This document shows, one piece after another, positions 12,106 through 19,964 of a stretch of 64,000 nucleotides of DNA. The notes under the pieces are model-generated. The model did not search any database and was not told the origin of the DNA. It saw only the letters and a list, made by a program, of their open reading frames with translations. Where the stretch lies: the NCBI GenBank assembly GCA_050633245.1, contig JBOEGD010000002.1:87006-151005 (forward strand), written 5' to 3'. This stretch comes from Calditrichia bacterium. GTDB lineage: Bacteria; Calditrichota; Calditrichia; RBG-13-44-9; J075. Position 1 is the first letter of the stretch. Each line of letters starts with the position of its first letter. The position numbers and the translations under genes are program-made.

Positions 12106-14769
12106 CTAAAAGTCAAACCCTAATGAAAAGTAAAGTTGATTGCGTTTTCCAACTAATCTTGAATAGGATAACTCAAGAGGACCTAATAAGGAATTAATGA
12201 CCAACGACCCCGAAAAAGAATGCAGAAAGTCTGTGCGAAGTATACGGTCATCCGGCCTGCGCCAGGCAGCCCCCAGCGCATAATTAGCGATAACAAATGT
12301 TTCGAATGGCAGGTTCAAAGACGGCGTATAGCGTATGTCTACTCCACCTTGCACAAACTGACGACCAAACAATTCATGTTCCACGAGCCCGCGAAAGTTC
12401 TGTCTCCCTCCCAGAAAGAAAAACTCGGAAAATGGCAGCGTGAGATCCGCACTTCCAGCCCGGAAATAGGGGTGATAGTTAAATCGTTCCCAAAATGGAT
12501 AGTACCCTTCCAATCCAACAAAGATTTTACTGAAGGACGTCGTACTGCCCAACAGACTCTGATTACCGGTTTCCCAGGACCAGCGATTGTAAATTCCCTT
12601 TGTTGGAAAAGGCAGGCGATCTCGCTTATCAACAACCGACCTCAACGTAAAGGTGCGAAGCCTGAAGTCCGCGCGATTGGGTAAAGGCGCCTGATCCGGC
12701 TCAACATTAATACTTTCCAACCTGAGCTCGGCCGAGATTAGACCAAGCCGATCTATTTGCTGACCAATCGAAAAACGCCCGCCGCGTCTGGTTAGCAAAT
12801 AATCGTTTTGACGCTCGAAATTCTCATAGATGCGATCAATTCGCTCTTTGTAGTAAAAACGGGCCTCGGCAGTAAAGAAGCTGCGAAAGAGTCTAACCGT
12901 GTAAAAACGAGCTTCCCAGGAACGCTGAAAGTCGCCAATTGAGCCAAACAGTGATGCCTTTGTTGCGGTGCCGAGAAAGTTGTCTCCAACCAGTTCTGCA
13001 AACGCGTCACTTTTTCGATCCAGAGAGTAGTTCGCACCAAGGCGTGTGAGAAGATAGCGACGCTCTTTTACTGCCAGCGTAAGCCGTTTTGTACCGTTCT
13101 GGGAGTCTAACTGCATCGTTACACGATGAAACAGACTTGTTCCGTAGATGTTTTTTATTCCACGCAGTGCCGGCTTTGCACGAAAGACCGCTCCTTTTAC
13201 CAAAGGGAATTCGCGAAGCACAACAAAGTCGCGGGTAACATCGTTGCCGGTAACAATAATTTCGTCTATAATTCCTTCGTCTATACGAATGTAAAGCTCT
13301 CCGCTCTCTCTGTTAAATCTTAGCTCCTCAAAGGTCGTAAACGAATAGCCTCGACCCACTAAATATCGCTGCAGTAACTCCAGTCGTTTTTTCACCGTCG
13401 GCATGTGTAAACGTTTTCCGGCCAAGAACTCCGTTGTTTCTTTTAATAGCGAATCCGGCAGATAGCCATTGTGTCGGTAGCGCACCGTTTTGACCTTAGG
13501 AAATGGATGCAGCACCAACTCAACCGCCACCACATTGCTATCGCGCGTGACGCGTGCGAATACATCTTCCAGAAAGCCGCTGCCATCAAGAGTTCGTAAA
13601 TCTTCCAGGACAGTTGACTGCGAAAAGGCTTCCCCCACCCTGAGCTTCAAATTTGAACGCAGCGCAGCAAAAAGCGAATCCGCACCGCCATTACACCGCA
13701 GCTCTGCAACCGTGCCGGCAACATTCTGTTTCTTCACCTCATCATAAACGGGAACGGCGGTTCGTATGTCATCAATTTGTCTCACCGTTGCCTCATACCC
13801 AATGCGAATCAGCGAGTCGACAGCACCAAAGCTGCCGGATTTGTACTGGGCAAAATCAGGACGAATAACTATTGCAGCAGCATTCCGACTCACTTCAGTC
13901 GGCTCGTTCATCATAATTGAGGTGACCTGATCAGCAATTTGCCAGGGAAGCGCAATATCCTTTGCGCTGCGAAGGTCAGAAGTAGCATCGACGGCAATAA
14001 CGCGATCGGCGCCCTCTTCAAGGGCAGCTAAAACAGGCAGGTTCTCGCTAATACCGCCATCAACCAGCAGCTGACCGTTCATTGCAACCGGTGCAAAGAG
14101 CAGAGGAAAGGCCAAACTGGCATTGATCGCTTCTGCAACGTTTCCATGCGAAATGACGGCCTTTTCACCTGTTATCAGGTTTGTTGCAACCGCGCGAAAT
14201 GGGATACGCAAGTCGTCAAAATTCTCAATCGCCTGAAACTCTGCATTCAATACACGATTATAGAGCGTTTGGAATATTTGCTGTCCATGAGAAATCGAGG
14301 AAGGGATTTCCGGCGCCAACCCCGCCAGGCGAACCTGAATTAAATGTCGTCTTGGAATACTTTTTTGAGAAAGAAACTGCTGCTCGCGAAAAGTCTGGTC
14401 GGCAAAAATTTCCTCCCAGTTTATTTTTGAAGCCAACTGCTGAATCTCTTCGGGTGAATAACCAGCCGCATAAAGACCGCCGATAATGCTTCCCATACTG
14501 GTTCCAACGATCATGTCGACAGGGATATTGTATTCCTCTAAAGCAAGCAGAACACCGACATGCACAAATCCTCTGGCTCCCCCACCACTTAAGGCTAACG
14601 CAAGACGCTTCTTTTGTGGTGAATGATAGTTCAAACCTTCTATATGAGGGTGGGGTTTTGCATCGCGTTCCAGATGAATTTCAAATGTGGTAGAATCGGC
14701 AAAAAGCGAGGGTGTTGTGAGTACCACAAACAGGGTAATAAAAAGATTGGTGATTGGCAGTCGCTTCAT
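12106..14769 (-). CDS. Patatin-like phospholipase fused to POTRA repeats and an Omp85/BamA barrel (PlpD / type Vd-like)
   Basis: Patatin motifs GGGARG, GTSMG, DGG; POTRA segments (IDEG.I..I.V.GN..T...V.LRE); barrel with FFLGG..NFRG and C-terminal YFSLGFDF. Start moved to MKRLP. Confidence 0.88.
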   Translation of the reverse strand: MKRLPITNLFITLFVVLTTPSLFADSTTFEIHLERDAKPHPHIEGLNYHSPQKKRLALALSGGGARGFVHVGVLLALEEYNIPVDMIVGTSMGSIIGGLYAAGYSPEEIQQLASKINWEEIFADQTFREQQFLSQKSIPRRHLIQVRLAGLAPEIPSSISHGQQIFQTLYNRVLNAEFQAIENFDDLRIPFRAVATNLITGEKAVISHGNVAEAINASLAFPLLFAPVAMNGQLLVDGGISENLPVLAALEEGADRVIAVDATSDLRSAKDIALPWQIADQVTSIMMNEPTEVSRNAAAIVIRPDFAQYKSGSFGAVDSLIRIGYEATVRQIDDIRTAVPVYDEVKKQNVAGTVAELRCNGGADSLFAALRSNLKLRVGEAFSQSTVLEDLRTLDGSGFLEDVFARVTRDSNVVAVELVLHPFPKVKTVRYRHNGYLPDSLLKETTEFLAGKRLHMPTVKKRLELLQRYLVGRGYSFTTFEELRFNRESGELYIRIDEGIIDEIIVTGNDVTRDFVVLREFPLVKGAVFRAKPALRGIKNIYGTSLFHRVTMQLDSQNGTKRLTLAVKERRYLLTRLGANYSLDRKSDAFAELVGDNFLGTATKASLFGSIGDFQRSWEARFYTVRLFRSFFTAEARFYYKERIDRIYENFERQNDYLLTRRGGRFSIGQQIDRLGLISAELRLESINVEPDQAPLPNRADFRLRTFTLRSVVDKRDRLPFPTKGIYNRWSWETGNQSLLGSTTSFSKIFVGLEGYYPFWERFNYHPYFRAGSADLTLPFSEFFFLGGRQNFRGLVEHELFGRQFVQGGVDIRYTPSLNLPFETFVIANYALGAAWRRPDDRILRTDFLHSFSGSLVINSLLGPLELSYSRLVGKRNQLYFSLGFDF

Positions 14770-14871
14770 ATCGGGGGATTTCGTTTCTCCGGGAAGCAAT
14801 ATAGACAGGTGAGAAAGTGAATTCAACCAGAGAGTTGTATTGATTTACAGCGGGAGGATTGCAATCCGGTA

Positions 14872-17800
14872 TTAGTTTTCCGCCTGCGGCTGTCGGGAAA
14901 GCAGTTCGTAGTACGCCTTAATATACTCTTTGTATTCGGCAGAATAGCCTTCCTTCAGCGCATCCAGCATTTCCTTGCGCAATTTATTCTCGCGCTCCAG
15001 CAAATCTCGTTTGATGGACGGAGGCGACTTCGCCAGTTTGGTATCTTCGCGCTGGGACTGACGCTTCTGTGAATACTCTTTTTCACGCATCGATTTTTGA
15101 GCATCCAGCATGCGAGATAATATACGCTGCTGTCTTTGAATAACCGTTTGATCTACATTCTGGCGATTGAGCTGATCGATGATTTTCTCCATCTCTTTGC
15201 CCATTTCACCCAGACGTCCCAGCACATCTCCCTGACGCCCCATTTTTTGATTCAACGATTCGAGACTCTTCTTTATCATTCCCTGTTGAGCAGCCATGCG
15301 CCCCATAGCGTCAGGAGAAGGCTTCTGACCCTGCCCCTGCTTTTGAAACATGCTCATAGACTGCTGATTGAGCTGCCCCTGCTGACCGGCCATTTGCTGC
15401 ATTTGCTGCATAAACTGCTCAAATCCGGTTCCGGAACCGGACTGCGACAGCTGCTGCATCGATCCCTGCATACTCATTATGGCCTGATTCACGTCGCCCA
15501 TTGCCTTCATCTGGGAACGACCCGCCGAACGCGTGTTGCGATTCTCAAGGCTTTTCAGAGCATTATCCATATTTTCCATCATTGAGGAAATCAACTTGCT
15601 CATATCAGGTGAAATAAAGAAGGTTTCTTTCGACAGGTCGATTAATTCCTTCACAACATTGTTCAGGTTCTCGCGCTGCTGAGACTGATTGCGAGCAATA
15701 TCGGTAATGGATTCAGACGCCATGTCGGCATTTTGAGAACGTTGCGCCAGTTTCTCCTGCTGAAAAGACGTATTCAGTAAATCTTGTTGAATCTTCTGCA
15801 TGGCCTGCATAATCTGCTGCTTTTCCTGCTGATTCATCTCCTGCTGACTCTGCTGCATCTTGCTTTGCAGCATCTCAAGGTTCTTTTGTACATCCTTGCC
15901 TTTCTCCTTAGCCTGCTTCATATCCCCCTGCTGCATCTGCTGCTGCATTTGCTCCATTTGTTGTGGCACCTGCTGCTGCTCCATAAACTCGCCGGCTTCC
16001 TGAAGTTTCTCGGAGATATCAGCCATATCCTGCTTGAACTCTTCGCTGGTTTGCTCCAGCTTTTCGGAAAGATTTTCGGCATTCTCTTTCAGAGCTTCTT
16101 CTTTACGGGCAAGCTGCTCCTGCTGAGCTTTGTCGACATCTTCCTTACTCAATTGCTCGTTAATTTCTTTTTGCTCTTCCAACAGGCTCTCAGCCTGTTT
16201 AACCAGCTCATCCATTTTCTGTTCTTGCTGGATTTTCTTAAAGATTTCAAAGGTGCGTTCCACGCGGGACTCAAATTCATCTACCGAGAACTCAAATTGC
16301 TCCATCGCCTGCTTCATTTGCTCCATATCCTGATTCTGCATGGCTTCTTCAATTTGCTTCATCGCCTCGAGCAGCTCGGGCGTGGCGAGTTCCTCGAACA
16401 TCTTTTGAACTTCCATGTACTTTTCGAGAGTTTCCGGACTCAGCATATCGTTCTGATCCATCTTCTCGACCATCTCAGATAGCTCCTGCTGAATTTCATC
16501 CAGCTTTTCAAACGATTCTTTTTGCTGATCGAGCTGCTCCTGGATTTCCTGCTTACGTTCCCAGGAAAGTTCATCTTCTTTGAGCATCTCGCGATTGATC
16601 TCTTCCAGCTTTTCCTTTAGTTCTTCGGTGTCTTTACGAACTTCGTCCGTTTCATCAAGCTTCTCAGAAAGCACTTCTTCCGCTTCATCAAAAACATCGA
16701 GGACAGAAGGAAGGCGAATAATAAACGTTTTGCTTCGCGCACTTTTTGGCCCGGTTATGCGATCGTTATCCCGCACTTCGGCATAATATTCAATATAATC
16801 GTCAGGGATCAGATAGAAGTCGTAGAGGTTCCACTTGTAATCAGAAATAGCGCGATTGCGATCCAAACGCTGTAGCGGCAACTTTACAGAGAAGTTTGCG
16901 GTATCACCTGCGGATCCGGCCCGAACATGCCGTCCATTCAGCGTCAAACGGCTAAAGCCATAATCGTCTCGCAAATTCACCAAAATCGGCACATCGATCT
17001 CATCGCCAAGATCAAGATCTTTGCCCGGTTCACTAATCTCTACATAAGGCGCTTCATCGCGAAGCGCAAAGACGGCATAGCTCACCGGCTGATAATTGGA
17101 AATCGCTTCCTGATCTTCAATGCGAATTTGATACTGCACATCTTCACGCACGGTAAATTCAGCCGTGGCCTGATTCGAACGTATGGTAAGTGGCAAGCGC
17201 GCAGAATCGCTGAATTCCAGCCACGCTTTGCCCAGAGATTTATTTGCCGTTACCTCAATGGCGACCTGAGTACCAACAAGTGCTGTAACCTCACCGTCGT
17301 TCGGCGCGAGTAATTCATCCTCCTGTCGGGTGTAGGCTGGAAAACTCAACTTCGCCTGCAGCTCACGAATATGCGGGCGCTCTTTTACCTCAATTTCTGC
17401 GGTATCGCTTACCGCCATGCGATTACGAAAAGCAGCGACATCGACCTGTCCTTCAAACCAATAGCGAAAGTTGCTTCGCACAAAATTCATCTCATAAGAA
17501 AAGCGATTTCCCGCCTGGGCGGGTATCTCCATTCTTTCCTGCGACATCGAATCTGCATCGGCATGCAGCGTTTCAACTACCGCCCAAAGTTTGGCCGGCC
17601 GCAGCCCCTCGTATGATCCACCAAGCTGAACCGGCTCATTTTTCAGAACAGACTTATCACCGCTTTGATTGACAAGCGTTACCGGGAGGGTCATTTCAAA
17701 ATTTTTAGTCGGCTGTAGCACCTTGAGCATAGAGCGGCTTATGGAAGAGGGAAATGCCATAAAGAGTAACAGAAAAGCAGTGAGCAACATGCCAAGCCTC

Positions 17801-18285
17801 GCAAGGGGGCGAAGCAGCTCGTCTGTTGAGAGGATGGATGAAAAATCACTACCGTCAATTTTGTCGTGGAGCTGAGCCAGCGAACGATTCTTAAAAGGAT
17901 CGGGAGAGCTACTTTCCCGATCGCTGTATATCTGTAGAAAGTTAACCAGCGCATCACTAACCGAAACGTTTTCGCGGCCAATTTTTCTGGAGGTGTCATA
18001 CAAATCGTTTTCGGCGGGACGAAAGGCTTTCCGGAGCATCGGGAGGAGATAGCGATACCCAACATATCCCAAGGCAAGCGCAGACAACACCCAAAAGCTA
18101 AAACGCAGAGCAACGGGAAATTCTACCAACATTCCGGTAAGCGTGTAAGCAAGTAAAAGTGCCAGACAGCCAAACAGAAACCAAAGCGCCGCCGTTCCTG
18201 CCTTCAACAAATAGAAGGCGCGATTGGCAGACAAGAGCTTCTTTTTCACCTGGTGAAATAGGTTTGTTAATTGTTCTGGCGGCAT
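14872..18285 (-). CDS. DUF4175-like membrane-anchored protein with Ig-like domains and a long Gln/Met/Glu-rich coiled coil
   Basis: Three N-terminal TMs, PAYT motif, D..P.V....P and DDYG motifs, DND...GPK, QQRILSRMLDA..S, terminal EY...I..YY..L. Confidence 0.75.
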   Translation of the reverse strand: MPPEQLTNLFHQVKKKLLSANRAFYLLKAGTAALWFLFGCLALLLAYTLTGMLVEFPVALRFSFWVLSALALGYVGYRYLLPMLRKAFRPAENDLYDTSRKIGRENVSVSDALVNFLQIYSDRESSSPDPFKNRSLAQLHDKIDGSDFSSILSTDELLRPLARLGMLLTAFLLLFMAFPSSISRSMLKVLQPTKNFEMTLPVTLVNQSGDKSVLKNEPVQLGGSYEGLRPAKLWAVVETLHADADSMSQERMEIPAQAGNRFSYEMNFVRSNFRYWFEGQVDVAAFRNRMAVSDTAEIEVKERPHIRELQAKLSFPAYTRQEDELLAPNDGEVTALVGTQVAIEVTANKSLGKAWLEFSDSARLPLTIRSNQATAEFTVREDVQYQIRIEDQEAISNYQPVSYAVFALRDEAPYVEISEPGKDLDLGDEIDVPILVNLRDDYGFSRLTLNGRHVRAGSAGDTANFSVKLPLQRLDRNRAISDYKWNLYDFYLIPDDYIEYYAEVRDNDRITGPKSARSKTFIIRLPSVLDVFDEAEEVLSEKLDETDEVRKDTEELKEKLEEINREMLKEDELSWERKQEIQEQLDQQKESFEKLDEIQQELSEMVEKMDQNDMLSPETLEKYMEVQKMFEELATPELLEAMKQIEEAMQNQDMEQMKQAMEQFEFSVDEFESRVERTFEIFKKIQQEQKMDELVKQAESLLEEQKEINEQLSKEDVDKAQQEQLARKEEALKENAENLSEKLEQTSEEFKQDMADISEKLQEAGEFMEQQQVPQQMEQMQQQMQQGDMKQAKEKGKDVQKNLEMLQSKMQQSQQEMNQQEKQQIMQAMQKIQQDLLNTSFQQEKLAQRSQNADMASESITDIARNQSQQRENLNNVVKELIDLSKETFFISPDMSKLISSMMENMDNALKSLENRNTRSAGRSQMKAMGDVNQAIMSMQGSMQQLSQSGSGTGFEQFMQQMQQMAGQQGQLNQQSMSMFQKQGQGQKPSPDAMGRMAAQQGMIKKSLESLNQKMGRQGDVLGRLGEMGKEMEKIIDQLNRQNVDQTVIQRQQRILSRMLDAQKSMREKEYSQKRQSQREDTKLAKSPPSIKRDLLERENKLRKEMLDALKEGYSAEYKEYIKAYYELLSRQPQAEN

Positions 18286-18367
18286 GGGTTTTCTCTATTT
18301 TTAACTGATTGCGAGTAGTAAGAGGCGAGTAGCAAGTAAATAATTTTTGCTTTTTGCTTCTTCTCGA

Positions 18368-19030
18368 TCAATTCAATAACGCATAAAGCAGGATATTCGT
18401 TCCCATATCAAGAGCTGAACGACGCACATCAGGTGGATTTTCATGAATTGTTGCATCTTCACAGCCGTCACTAATATCGGTATTGTAGCTGTAAAACGCC
18501 ACCATGCGTCCATCAACATATAGCCCAAATCCCTTTGGCGGGCCGCCATCATGCTTGTGAACTTTGGGTAAACCGTTTGGAAAATCTTTAAAGGAATGAT
18601 AAATGGGATGCGAAAACGGCAGTTCAATCCACTCGCTTTCCGGATAGACCTTCTTAATTTCACGACGAAAGTGCTTATCCATTCCAAAGTCATCGTCTGC
18701 CCATAAAAAGCCACCTGCCTGCAGGTATTCTCGCAGGCGTTCAGCTTCGGCATCGGAAATCTTTATATTTCCGTGCCCGGCTATATATGCAATGGGATAC
18801 TTAAAGAGGTCTCTATCGAGTATGGACAGGGCAATTTCTTTTTCGTTCGCGTTTACATTGGCGTTGTCACGCATATGCTGAAATAAATTCACGAACGTTG
18901 TACGATTGCCATACCAATCACCACCCCCATCGTATTTAAGACGTACGACGGTTACCGGAGACTGTGCAAATCCATCTATGCAGAGGATAAAGAGGATTAA
19001 ACAGGTTAGAGCGGGTGCTGCAAATTTCAT
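18368..19030 (-). CDS. DUF4159 domain protein
   Basis: RLKY.GGGDWY, GHGN, LREYL..GGFL.ADD, HPIY, GLPK.H.HDG, MGTNI..YAL. Confidence 0.88.
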   Translation of the reverse strand: MKFAAPALTCLILFILCIDGFAQSPVTVVRLKYDGGGDWYGNRTTFVNLFQHMRDNANVNANEKEIALSILDRDLFKYPIAYIAGHGNIKISDAEAERLREYLQAGGFLWADDDFGMDKHFRREIKKVYPESEWIELPFSHPIYHSFKDFPNGLPKVHKHDGGPPKGFGLYVDGRMVAFYSYNTDISDGCEDATIHENPPDVRRSALDMGTNILLYALLN

Positions 19031-19071
19031 GGTTCTGCCTGCTGTAACCGCTCCGCAAATGCGGACCGGCG

Positions 19072-19875
19072 TTATCGGTTTTGACGCTTGGCGAACTGGT
19101 TTCTGGCTTTACGACTGTTCAATCCCAACTTATTGAGTTGTGAACGAACACCAAACCAGCCAACTTTTGTGAATCCAAAATCCGCAGAATTCAAACGCTT
19201 GTTAATCTTGAACGCGCCAATATCCGGGTTACGCGCTACAATATGGCGAATTTTGTCTTCTGTTGACATGTTTACGAGATCACGCGGTCCAAGGTTCCGA
19301 CGAACTTGCGGAATTGACTCTTCCGAGCGATCTTCGAATACGTCTTCTGCAACCGGCTCGACTGGCTGAGAGGAAGCGACTGGCTCTCCGGCTATCGGCT
19401 CCATTGGCTGCCCGGGTGTCATCTCGCCACCAAAAGGCGTTTGCGGTTTTGGTGCCGGGGGAGGAGTCGGTGCCTTTGGTTCAGCTGCAGGCTGTCCGGT
19501 AACAACCTCTACAAACTGCGACTCCTCAAATTTACCAATGGCTTCATCAAGTGAATCATATACATCAAGAATATGATGAAACTCGAGAAGCTCAAAGATT
19601 TCATAGACATCTGGAATCATGCGAACCAACTTAAGATCGCCATTATTTTCTCGAATTGCCTTAATTTCGCTAATAAAGATACCCCATCCGGCACTGCTGA
19701 TGTAATCTACATTGCCAAGATCGATAATAATTTGATAGCGTCCCTGCTTTAGCAGACCATTGAGGGAACGCTCAACCTCGGAAGATGTTGTCGTATCAAT
19801 ATAGCCACCGACTTTTATTACAGATAGCTGACTGCCGCTTCCGGCAGGCTCAGTCGAGACCTGAATGCCTTCCAT
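19072..19875 (-). CDS. STAS anti-anti-sigma factor (RsbV/SpoIIAA type) with Pro-rich linker and C-terminal HTH-like domain
   Basis: G.ID..T, IIIDL..VDYISSAG (phospho-acceptor Ser), V..IFEL; linker PAAEPKAPTPPPAPKP; basic C-terminal domain homologous to the tail of the 19965-22613 protein. Confidence 0.88.
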   Translation of the reverse strand: MEGIQVSTEPAGSGSQLSVIKVGGYIDTTTSSEVERSLNGLLKQGRYQIIIDLGNVDYISSAGWGIFISEIKAIRENNGDLKLVRMIPDVYEIFELLEFHHILDVYDSLDEAIGKFEESQFVEVVTGQPAAEPKAPTPPPAPKPQTPFGGEMTPGQPMEPIAGEPVASSQPVEPVAEDVFEDRSEESIPQVRRNLGPRDLVNMSTEDKIRHIVARNPDIGAFKINKRLNSADFGFTKVGWFGVRSQLNKLGLNSRKARNQFAKRQNR

Positions 19876-19964
19876 TTCGTCCTCCGTCTTATTCGACGTT
19901 GTTACAGATTAACACATAAGATTATATTCGTATTCATATATACATTTTTTTTGAGCGATCGTTC

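Noticed and set aside
15136-16482. Long plus-strand Leu/His-rich ORFs (15136-15585, 15784-16482)
   Set aside because: Antisense shadows of the Gln/Met/Glu-rich coiled-coil gene (CAG/ATG/GAA read as CTG/CAT/TTC).
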